Source: Pseudomonadota bacterium (GTDB lineage Bacteria; Bdellovibrionota_F; JAHFAK01; JBDREC01). Taken from it: a stretch of DNA of 57,863 bases. The translations under genes were made by a program, and so were the position numbers. The stretch is taken from NCBI GenBank assembly GCA_043820105.1, contig JBDREC010000034.1, positions 1-57,863 of the forward strand. The letters run 5' to 3'. This document shows, in pieces, positions 9,751-18,412 of this stretch; position 1 is the first letter of the stretch; each line of letters begins with the position of its first letter. The notes under the pieces are model-generated. The model had not been told where the DNA came from and ran no database searches. It saw only the letters and a program-made list of their open reading frames with translations.

Positions 9751-11412
9751 TTACCTCCCTATTGATAACAGTTTATTGCTACCATTATTAAGATATACTT
9801 TTAATAGGCCCGGATCAGTTGGTGTAATATATGCTTGTGTATACTCACTTACAAGATTTACATATACTGGATAAATGTCATACTCATTATATTTGTCCTG
9901 CACTTGAATTCTTTTAGGTCTGATTGCAATTTCAACATTTTTTGAAGGATAGTTAATAATTTCATACTTAAGCTTCAGATTCTCATAATCAATACAGTAT
10001 AGGCTTGAGGTTTTATATTTATTATCAGAAGCTAAAAGAACCAGGCAGTTTTCTGGTTTAGATTCCATATAGCCATTACACGTTTCATTTGAAGATAAAT
10101 TAATTATCAATTCATTGCTCAACTTTAGATTCTTAATCCTAATTTCATTTTTTTCTATTAAGAGGCTTATTCTTCCTTCAAAAGCTTGATATTTATTTGA
10201 AATAACTACATTATTAAAGCCATCATAATCCGGCAGTGTAATATATTGCGGATTGATATTTCCAGTCGCTTCAGGAGCCTGAACAAGGTCTTTTGGACTT
10301 GATCTTGTATAGGTAATTTTTGAAATTGAATTATAATATCTTGTTAAATCTATTACATACTTATTTAAAATCGATAAATCGCTTTTTTCCAATTTAATTA
10401 GATTTATTTTTTTTAATTTCTTTAACTCCATTTCATTTAATGATCCCGGATTTTTTTTGTATTTTTCATAAAGGTAATGTTCTTTTTTCATTTCACTGTT
10501 ATTTACTCCAATATTTAACAATTCTTCTTCTGATAATTGACCATCATTTATAAAGGCCAGGTATTCTTTATCTATTCTTGCTTCTTTTTTAAGACTAGCA
10601 ATCCAATTGAAAAATAGCTCAAGATATTCCATTTTCATACTTTGATCTTCGATTAATATCTTTGCTTCTAATGCCAGGTTTCCTCTCCCAAATAGATTAT
10701 ACAGTTGATATTGAGTCAAATATACTGCCGTTCTATCTCTAAACAATTTATCGACATACTCATCAGCAAATATATATTTCATAAGGACTTCTCCTCTGAT
10801 CGCAACTTCTTTTTTAGAATAATACTCCAAAGTAATTTTAAATTGAATATTTCCATCCTTAGAATTTTCATAGAGACTTTCAACATCTTTATGATCCATC
10901 TGAAACCCCAATCTTATAACACGAGATGCAAATATAATGTCACCATCAGAATTTAAGGGAATATTTTCTATCCAATTGTCATTTCCTGGAATTTTTACTT
11001 TAACGTGAAAGTCTTTTGGCGTGATACATTGAACAACGTCATTATCTTTTAGATCAAAATAATTTCTCAATTCTTGTTCAACTATTTTATCATCATATAA
11101 AATTAAAAAAGAAATAACATTTGAAGCATGGCTTTCATGACTATAAGTATCTTTATGATAATAAATCCCCGTGTCTTTGGGACTTCCAACTAACAGAAGA
11201 ACAGGTGTATAAAAAATCTTTATACGCCTATGATCACTACTATCATCAACAAAAACACAAATGGAATACTCTGCACCACTATCAAAAACCTGAAACATTT
11301 GGCAATTAACCTCCTCGGGATTAGAATTTGCAAAAACATTTTGTGAACAAGAAATAAAAATTAATAGAGCTAATTTTTCGATTAATTTTATTAATATTTT
11401 ATGATTAAACAT
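9751..11412 (-). CDS. Secreted hypothetical protein, probable paralog of 11423..12949
   Basis: Long ORF with signal peptide (VFA); start at ATG 11412 inferred. Confidence 0.6.
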   Translation of the reverse strand: MFNHKILIKLIEKLALLIFISCSQNVFANSNPEEVNCQMFQVFDSGAEYSICVFVDDSSDHRRIKIFYTPVLLLVGSPKDTGIYYHKDTYSHESHASNVISFLILYDDKIVEQELRNYFDLKDNDVVQCITPKDFHVKVKIPGNDNWIENIPLNSDGDIIFASRVIRLGFQMDHKDVESLYENSKDGNIQFKITLEYYSKKEVAIRGEVLMKYIFADEYVDKLFRDRTAVYLTQYQLYNLFGRGNLALEAKILIEDQSMKMEYLELFFNWIASLKKEARIDKEYLAFINDGQLSEEELLNIGVNNSEMKKEHYLYEKYKKNPGSLNEMELKKLKKINLIKLEKSDLSILNKYVIDLTRYYNSISKITYTRSSPKDLVQAPEATGNINPQYITLPDYDGFNNVVISNKYQAFEGRISLLIEKNEIRIKNLKLSNELIINLSSNETCNGYMESKPENCLVLLASDNKYKTSSLYCIDYENLKLKYEIINYPSKNVEIAIRPKRIQVQDKYNEYDIYPVYVNLVSEYTQAYITPTDPGLLKVYLNNGSNKLLSIGR

Positions 11413-11422
11413 AAAACACACT

Positions 11423-12949
11423 CTACTTTCTTTTCCATGTAATAGCATATCTATTTATAAAGAGATCCTTAGAACCAGGATCTGCAACACCAGTTGCAGA
11501 TGAAGAATTGTAGACGCTTGACTCAATAGTGTCATATTTTGTATTTCTAACCATTGTTACAATATTAAGTCCTGCTTCATCTGAATAGCTTTCAACTTCA
11601 ATTAAAGTCTTAATTTTCATTTCAAGGTCTGTCTTGGAAATATTATATATTTTTAAGTCTAAGGGTTCAATTTGCATTCCTTCCCAATAGTCTTTCCACT
11701 TGACAAGGTGCTCATAGGTTTCATCAAACTCTTGATTATGTTCATAGGCATCTATCATTTCTTCAATGGTTTTTTTAATATAATGTCCCTGTAAATCTGG
11801 TTTTACATTTATTAATTTGAGGATATCAACCTCTCCTTTCATATGACCATAAATATCTATATTTTTATCCTCCAAAATCTTTTTATATGTTTTCAGGAAA
11901 TCTTTCATAACTTCATGTTTCATTGTATATTCTTCAGACTCTTGCTCTGACATTGTTTTATAATTAGGAGTCATAAATAGATCATCTTCTTTAATCTTAT
12001 AAGTGGAAATTATTCCTTCTGATAAATCTCCTAAGCGAGCGGCCTTTTCTTCAACATAACTTAAAAAGTCCTCACATTTTTTTAGAAAAAATGGGTATAA
12101 GGATTTATCATCCATTTTTATTTTAACCCTATTATCAATGGCTACTTGTGTGAAAAAATCCATCATTTGTGTTTTGCTTGCTAAAACACTTCCTCCCATA
12201 TCTGTTCTACCTCCCAAAAGGTCTCTCAATAACTCACTATTAATTTTGATTTCAGTATTTGCATCAATAAAGCTTTTTTCTACCTTTTGTCCAGGATACA
12301 TATATCGAATTTTAAATGTTATTCCTTTTTTAAGATAACTTACAAATTCATCAAGATATATTGTTGGTACTTTAAACTCTATTAACTGCTCCCTTGCTAA
12401 TCTAATTTGATTTGCGTCCAAATCAGTTTTCTCAGGAAGACTCCAGCCTAAATTAAATGGAAAGCAATTTTCATCATATAAATACATATCAATTAAAAAC
12501 ATCCCGATCGGCTGCAAATTAAATTCACTTAAAGGTTGTTTTTCGTAATCGGATATTCTACTGACTAGCTTTTCTTTAATTTCCTTTTCATCAGCAACAA
12601 GCCACATATATACTACAGAATATGGATCATCTTCAAATTTCATCACTTCTATTTTCGCATGAGTGGCACTTGGATCTTTTTGAAAAAGCATACAGGGTGA
12701 ATAAATATACTGCTTTTTTTGATATTCATTTCTTTTTACTGATTTACCTTCCCATACATATATATATTGGCCACCTCTTCCACATTCTTCAATAAGTGAA
12801 GCAGCTTCTACAGGAGGGTCCCAGGTTCTATTTTGATACCTTGTTGTATCAATCCTGGGTGATGACAGCGTGATATGACTTTGCATTGTCAACAAAAAAA
12901 CAACTAACTTTAATATTGAAAGAAATACTAATCTTCTATTATTAGTCAT
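11423..12949 (-). CDS. Secreted hypothetical protein
   Basis: 508-aa ORF, TGGAG RBS, signal peptide; first gene of a 4-gene operon. Confidence 0.65.
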   Translation of the reverse strand: MTNNRRLVFLSILKLVVFLLTMQSHITLSSPRIDTTRYQNRTWDPPVEAASLIEECGRGGQYIYVWEGKSVKRNEYQKKQYIYSPCMLFQKDPSATHAKIEVMKFEDDPYSVVYMWLVADEKEIKEKLVSRISDYEKQPLSEFNLQPIGMFLIDMYLYDENCFPFNLGWSLPEKTDLDANQIRLAREQLIEFKVPTIYLDEFVSYLKKGITFKIRYMYPGQKVEKSFIDANTEIKINSELLRDLLGGRTDMGGSVLASKTQMMDFFTQVAIDNRVKIKMDDKSLYPFFLKKCEDFLSYVEEKAARLGDLSEGIISTYKIKEDDLFMTPNYKTMSEQESEEYTMKHEVMKDFLKTYKKILEDKNIDIYGHMKGEVDILKLINVKPDLQGHYIKKTIEEMIDAYEHNQEFDETYEHLVKWKDYWEGMQIEPLDLKIYNISKTDLEMKIKTLIEVESYSDEAGLNIVTMVRNTKYDTIESSVYNSSSATGVADPGSKDLFINRYAITWKRK

Positions 12950-12993
12950 CTTTACTCCAAATTATTTTAATTAATAAATCATAGATTCTTTGA

Positions 12994-13009
12994 TGCAAAA
13001 GTTGTGCCT
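12994..13009 (-). promoter_or_regulatory. sigma54 promoter AGGCACAACTTTTGCA
   Basis: GG-N10-GC near consensus, 45 bp upstream of 12949. Confidence 0.8.
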
Positions 13010-13038
13010 TTTAAGCTTTTTAAAATTCTCCAGGGAAA

Positions 13039-13054
13039 GGGTACAGATTTTGCA
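13039..13054 (+). promoter_or_regulatory. sigma54 promoter GGGTACAGATTTTGCA
   Basis: GG-N10-GC upstream of 13233, back to back with the 12994 promoter. Confidence 0.55.
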
Positions 13055-13232
13055 ACACAAAAAAAGCTTAAGACATGTATTATGTTTATTTAAAAGGATG
13101 GTATGAATTTATGACTCAAGGAAAACTATTTATCTTATGTAAATTTGAATTCAAACTAAAGACTAAATTCGAAATAAAATTCGAAAATCGGATTTTTATT
13201 TCCAAATATGAAATCTTAAACAAGGAGCTATC

Positions 13233-14135
13233 ATGTTATTACAAACAATGTTGAACGAAATTAAATCAACTCATATCTTATCTACAAAATCAATTTCTTT
13301 TGCTTTTTTAACTTTTATCTTTATTTCCTTAATTGCTTTTCCATGCTTTGCTAAATGGCATTATTATAAGTGGCCATACAAGGGAAAATTACAAAGTTTT
13401 TCCTTTGATTCACTTGACGATGATTACTGTTATAAAAATTATAGATCCATATCCGTAAATCATCAAGGTGATAATTATCCCAAGTTTGTCTTAGAAGATC
13501 CATGCTATGCCAATATGGAAATAATTGCAGGAAGATTAATTGAAATAACCAGAACCCTTGGTTTAAGTAAGCTAGAGTCTGTAAACTATATTATTAGTTG
13601 GGTAAGATCAACAGTTTATAATTATGATACTGACACAAAATATCTCAGTGATTATGTACGATATCCTTTTGAGTTAATTTTAGATAAAACTGGTGATTGC
13701 GAGGATTTTGCTGTTCTCTTTGCTTCCATTATGAGCCATTGGTGTATTAGAACAAAATTAGTATTTTTAAATACAGCAGCTGGATACCATGTTGCAAACA
13801 TTATCAATACTTCAGATTTTCCAGATACTTTTCTTCAAACAATAATTACGATACATGGAGATAAGTATTCATATGTCGAAGCAACTGGTTGTAAGAAGGA
13901 AGATCAGCCATGTGGAATTATAAATGTTGGTGACTTACCAGCTTTTAATGGTCAAGTAGTTAAGGAAAGTGATTTGTTAAACTTTTATGATCTGCCTTTA
14001 GTATGCAATTATGATCCAAATGTTTCATATAATTCTGGCAATCAGATGAATTCTTCGCAAAGCTCAACTGTAGAAGTAGAATCAGATTGGATAATTGAAG
14101 ATGGCTTATTTAAAATATATAGACCAGATATCTAG
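13233..14135 (+). CDS. Secreted transglutaminase-like cysteine protease
   Basis: YPFE..GDCEDFA catalytic Cys, downstream HVA, YVEAT. Confidence 0.8.
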   Translation: MLLQTMLNEIKSTHILSTKSISFAFLTFIFISLIAFPCFAKWHYYKWPYKGKLQSFSFDSLDDDYCYKNYRSISVNHQGDNYPKFVLEDPCYANMEIIAGRLIEITRTLGLSKLESVNYIISWVRSTVYNYDTDTKYLSDYVRYPFELILDKTGDCEDFAVLFASIMSHWCIRTKLVFLNTAAGYHVANIINTSDFPDTFLQTIITIHGDKYSYVEATGCKKEDQPCGIINVGDLPAFNGQVVKESDLLNFYDLPLVCNYDPNVSYNSGNQMNSSQSSTVEVESDWIIEDGLFKIYRPDI

Positions 14136-14166
14136 AGCTATTTTATTTATAAATATACATCTTTTT

Positions 14167-14182
14167 TGGTACATTTTTTGCA
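14167..14182 (+). promoter_or_regulatory. sigma54 promoter TGGTACATTTTTTGCA
   Basis: GG-N10-GC upstream of 14267. Confidence 0.75.
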
Positions 14183-14266
14183 AATCAATTTCGCAAATCT
14201 TGATACAACAGGTTTTGGTTTTGAGTTTTCATTAAGGCGAATACTTAATTTATAAGGAGCAATAAC

Positions 14267-15139
14267 ATGACAAAGGTAATAATAAAAATAAACCTATTCA
14301 TTTTAATAATCAGTTATTTTGCTTTAGCGATGCACGCAACAGTTGAAATCAAAGGAAGTAAAAGAATTATAAGACCTATAGATTATGATTTATCGTTTAC
14401 ACTAAACTCAAAGAGATATTATTTTGAAATTGAATCAGATATTGATATCTTTTATGAAAAATTGCATCCCTTAAGTGGAGTTCCTGGATATAATGTTGCC
14501 TGGAGGGATTATTTTAATACTCATGTTGGTGATGATATGGACTTAAATGAAGCTGATTATTTTGAAGATATTGTTGATCAAATCATTGAACAAACGGGTG
14601 GTAACATCAAATTGAATTTTCTTGTTGCTCAAAAAATTGTAAGTGAGCTTGTTGAAAAAGAATACAGAAAATTAAACAATAAAGCTCATTTTTATTTACC
14701 ATGGGAGCTTTTATTTATTGGAATTAAAACAGAGGAAGAAGGAGCAATATTATTAGGAGCCCTATTTTCTTTTTTATGTTTTGAAATATACTTTGTATAT
14801 ATAGATAGTGACTGGCATTTGGCTGTAGTCCCTGAATCTAAATGTTCAAATAACACATATGCTCTTGATGATATAATTGGCAAAGAAGATCTCTATATTT
14901 TCTCTGGCAAGGATCTTTTAAAGGCAGATTTAGAAAACAGCCCTCTTATAGATATTAGAGAAGTTTGTATGGGCAAAAAAAAATCAGGCCCTTCAAAAAT
15001 TCCTTTTCAGTGTAATAGTATAAGTCATTCAAATAACTTTGGATCAATACAAACGTATTATTCTTCAGAACCAGATGAACTTATAATATTTGGAATTAAA
15101 GACGGTACATATAGACCAACTGGATATTATATAAGATAA
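14267..15139 (+). CDS. Secreted transglutaminase-like paralog lacking the catalytic Cys
   Basis: LPWELLFIGIKTEEEGAILLGALF..HLAV aligns with YPFELILDKTGDCEDFAVLFASIM..HVA. Confidence 0.55.
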   Translation: MTKVIIKINLFILIISYFALAMHATVEIKGSKRIIRPIDYDLSFTLNSKRYYFEIESDIDIFYEKLHPLSGVPGYNVAWRDYFNTHVGDDMDLNEADYFEDIVDQIIEQTGGNIKLNFLVAQKIVSELVEKEYRKLNNKAHFYLPWELLFIGIKTEEEGAILLGALFSFLCFEIYFVYIDSDWHLAVVPESKCSNNTYALDDIIGKEDLYIFSGKDLLKADLENSPLIDIREVCMGKKKSGPSKIPFQCNSISHSNNFGSIQTYYSSEPDELIIFGIKDGTYRPTGYYIR

Positions 15140-15215
15140 TATTACTTTACTCTCAAAAAGTTTAAATATGATTCAGCCATTGTATTTTGCTTTATTAGGA
15201 ATATTACAAATTTAA

Positions 15216-15231
15216 TGGCATATTTTTTGCA
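15216..15231 (+). promoter_or_regulatory. sigma54 promoter TGGCATATTTTTTGCA
   Basis: Near-consensus GG-N10-GC upstream of 15289. Confidence 0.85.
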
Positions 15232-15288
15232 GTAAGATTTTTTTAATATTAATTAGACCTTTATTAACTTTTATACAAGGAGTGAAAT

Positions 15289-15489
15289 ATGATCTATAAA
15301 TTTTGTTTTAAAACTTTAATTATTCCCATTTTTCTTGTCTTAGCGATTTCTAGCTCACTTTTTTCTTTGAGTGATAAAAAGAAATGTGAGCTCATGGGTT
15401 ACAATGATTTAATAAAACATCAAGTTTTACCTATTACCTCGTTTAATCCTGCTAACCCGGAAATATATAACATAACTAAACAAAGCTGA
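15289..15489 (+). CDS. Short, possibly truncated secreted VLP(L/I)SEF-family protein
   Basis: AAGGAG RBS, signal peptide, HQVLPITSFNPANPEI, then an early stop. Confidence 0.5.
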   Translation: MIYKFCFKTLIIPIFLVLAISSSLFSLSDKKKCELMGYNDLIKHQVLPITSFNPANPEIYNITKQS

Positions 15490-15559
15490 GTGGAAAGAAT
15501 AATTTCAATTTCGAACTATTTTTTTTCTATAATGATTTTTTTGTAATAAAGGAGTATTT

Positions 15560-16042
15560 ATGTTTACTAATAAAACTAATAAATTAATAAGCGGAATATT
15601 TATTTTAATTATTTTATCTATGAATTTAATGGCATCAACCCAAAAGAATTATTTAGTCCAAGATTCTGATAATTTTGATATAGAAATTTTACCGATTTCA
15701 GAATTTAGAGATAATGACAAAAACATTGTCGACATTAAAGAGGAATATAATGAAAAATATGGAGAGTACCTTAATGTTCTTTACAATGATACAAGAAGAG
15801 TTTTCTATATACATGATGAATTATTTTATTCATATGATCCTGCAAATGAAGGTAGTGCCTGCAAGGTTTGCTTGGAATATGTTATGTTGAAAGTATGCGA
15901 CTTTTTTATTGAAACACTCATCGATTATTGTAAAAAATGGCTTTTCCCTGAAAAGAAAATGGAATGCACGATGAGAAGATGTGAATATGATTATGATGAT
16001 AATTGGGTATGTAAATGCCTTGAATGGAATTATGGAGAATAG
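15560..16042 (+). CDS. Secreted VLP(L/I)SEF-family protein with Cys-rich C-terminus
   Basis: AAGGAG RBS, signal peptide, ILPISEFRDND, 8 C-terminal Cys. Confidence 0.65.
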   Translation: MFTNKTNKLISGIFILIILSMNLMASTQKNYLVQDSDNFDIEILPISEFRDNDKNIVDIKEEYNEKYGEYLNVLYNDTRRVFYIHDELFYSYDPANEGSACKVCLEYVMLKVCDFFIETLIDYCKKWLFPEKKMECTMRRCEYDYDDNWVCKCLEWNYGE

Positions 16043-16800
16043 CTCATAATTGGAATCAAACTAGAATTATGATTTTAACTAAAACATCTGTTTATTTATT
16101 ATTTATAGCCTTTTTATTCATTTCTACTAATATTTATTCTAAATATATTTCTTTAAATTTTATTAATAATAATCAATCCCAAATGTTTGGAATTAACCAA
16201 CAAGATCATTTTCCTGAACTATATTTTCATTCTTTTGCCGTTGGATATATAGAACGCTTAGGAAATTTTATAGGAACTGCTTTTCTTATCTCTAATGATG
16301 GTCTAATGTTAACAAGTGCCCATGTTATTATTAAGGCGTGTTATCTTGATAATTGCAATGAATCTCGGGTTATACTAAAAAACTACCTTGGAATAAATCA
16401 GTATTATAATTTTAACATTATTTCAAAAAATCTGGATCTAGACTATGCAATAATTAAAATTAAAGGAGATTATCTAGACTTACCAGAACCACTAGAATTG
16501 TATAATACATATGATATACTTGCTCAAGAAAGTGAAGTGTTTTTGTTAAGTTTTTATTTTAATAAAAATACCGAGGAAATTTATCTTATTTATTCCCATG
16601 GCTATCTAAATGATTCTAGTTCAATCGAAGATCTTAAATACAAACCTTCTTATAGCTACAGTGCAAATACACTACCAGGATTTTCAGGAGCACCCGTTTT
16701 ATGCAAGATTAATGAAGAATATATAGTCATAGCAATCCATTGGGGTAGTGATGAATCCGCCAATTTGGGCATTCCAATTTTTTTAATAGATTTCAACTAA
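16024..16800 (+). CDS. Secreted trypsin-like serine protease (true start may be ATG 16069)
   Basis: GTAFLI, LTSAHV (His), DYA (Asp), GFSGAPV (Ser). Confidence 0.85.
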   Translation: MELWRIAHNWNQTRIMILTKTSVYLLFIAFLFISTNIYSKYISLNFINNNQSQMFGINQQDHFPELYFHSFAVGYIERLGNFIGTAFLISNDGLMLTSAHVIIKACYLDNCNESRVILKNYLGINQYYNFNIISKNLDLDYAIIKIKGDYLDLPEPLELYNTYDILAQESEVFLLSFYFNKNTEEIYLIYSHGYLNDSSSIEDLKYKPSYSYSANTLPGFSGAPVLCKINEEYIVIAIHWGSDESANLGIPIFLIDFN

Positions 16801-16990
16801 TTTTAAGATTAAAGATCGGACCCAGACCCTAAATTATTTAATTATATTTTCCTATATTGGAATTTATTTTCCAAAAATCAAATTGAACATGGATCCATAG
16901 AGGCTTTAATTGAATAAAATATATTTAGAAAATATTATTAATGCGTGTCTATGGACTTTTCATTTTTACAGGAGATTTTTAAAGTTAATT

Positions 16991-18379
16991 CTAAAGACTA
17001 ATAGCGTATTTTTTCATTTTTCTAAAAACTGTGGTCGTTGGAAGACTCACTTTTTCAGCGACAGCTTTAATTGTTTTTTCTTTTTCTGCAAGTTTTAATA
17101 GCATAATATTCTCAATATTTGACAAGTAATTCTCATAACCAAACTTTTTTATATCATCTTCATTAATTACATTTCCAATAAACTCAAAACTTAAATCATT
17201 TAAATCATTCTTATTGAATATAAATTTAGGATTAATATGATCAATAGTTATAGTTTCATCATTTTTTGATTTTTGACATAAATATTTAACAGTATCTTTC
17301 AATTCACGAACATTTCCTTCGCTCCATTCATAATTTAATATCATTGTAAGAATCTCAGCACTATATTTTTTTTCATAACCTTCAAATTCTTTAATATAAT
17401 ATTTCACAATTGGAAGAATGTCTTCCTTTCTATCTCTTAAAGGGGGGATAATAACTTTGCATTGTGATATCCTTGAATAGAGATCCCTTCTAAATTCATT
17501 TTTCTTTATCATATTATGAAGATTTTTATTAGTGGCGGAAATAACTCTACACTCAGCATATCTGGTCATTGTTTCTCCAAGTCGTCTATACTCATAACTA
17601 TCAAGATAAACGAGCAATTCAGCTTGGCACTCAAGGTTCAAATCACCAATCTCATCAAGAAATAAATCACCGCCTTTAGCAACTTCAACTAGACCATTCT
17701 TATCAATATCAGCGCTTGTAAAAGCTCCCTTTTTATGCCCAAACATCTCATCCTGCAACCTTTCTTTTGATAAACCGGCACAGTTTATTCTGACAAAGGG
17801 CCTGTCGCCTGTACTCTTTAAAACCTGATTTGCATACTTAGCAATTGGAGTCTTGCCTACTCCTGTTTCACCTTCGATTAAAAGGTTCATTTCTCCTATG
17901 CTTTTAATTTCATCTAGAGCTTGAAGAATCTCTTTGTTTTGGGTTATAATTTCACTTTCACTCTTAAAGTTTTTTTTAAGACTTTCAAAAGTTCTTTCTT
18001 TAATATTTCTTTTTAAGGCATTTTCAATTCTAAAGCGGAGCTCTTCATTAAGGTTAAAATTAGACTTTGATATATAGTCATAGGCGCCAATCTTCATGGA
18101 CTCAACAATGACATCAACTGAACTTGAATCTGAAAGCATAACAACTGGCAATGAAGAATCATTTTTTTTGATTTCTTTCAAAAGATCAATGCCATTTTTA
18201 TTTTTTTCATAATTGATATCTAAAACTGCTAAATGAATTATATTATTATTGAACTCTGCAAGTCCTGATTCAAAGTCACTTGCTTCAATAATATTATAAG
18301 CTTTCATTAAAATTGCAGCAATAGTTGTTCTAAATATTATATCATCGTCAACTAATAAAACATTTGTACTCTTACTCAT
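16991..18379 (-). CDS. NtrC-family sigma54-dependent response regulator (REC-AAA+-HTH)
   Basis: LLVDDD/LDI receiver, GETGVGKT, GAFTSA, LFLDEI, FRRDLYSR, C-terminal HTH. Confidence 0.93.
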   Translation of the reverse strand: MSKSTNVLLVDDDIIFRTTIAAILMKAYNIIEASDFESGLAEFNNNIIHLAVLDINYEKNKNGIDLLKEIKKNDSSLPVVMLSDSSSVDVIVESMKIGAYDYISKSNFNLNEELRFRIENALKRNIKERTFESLKKNFKSESEIITQNKEILQALDEIKSIGEMNLLIEGETGVGKTPIAKYANQVLKSTGDRPFVRINCAGLSKERLQDEMFGHKKGAFTSADIDKNGLVEVAKGGDLFLDEIGDLNLECQAELLVYLDSYEYRRLGETMTRYAECRVISATNKNLHNMIKKNEFRRDLYSRISQCKVIIPPLRDRKEDILPIVKYYIKEFEGYEKKYSAEILTMILNYEWSEGNVRELKDTVKYLCQKSKNDETITIDHINPKFIFNKNDLNDLSFEFIGNVINEDDIKKFGYENYLSNIENIMLLKLAEKEKTIKAVAEKVSLPTTTVFRKMKKYAISL

Positions 18380-18412
18380 TGTATTAGACTCCAAATTTAT
18401 TAAACTTATTAT

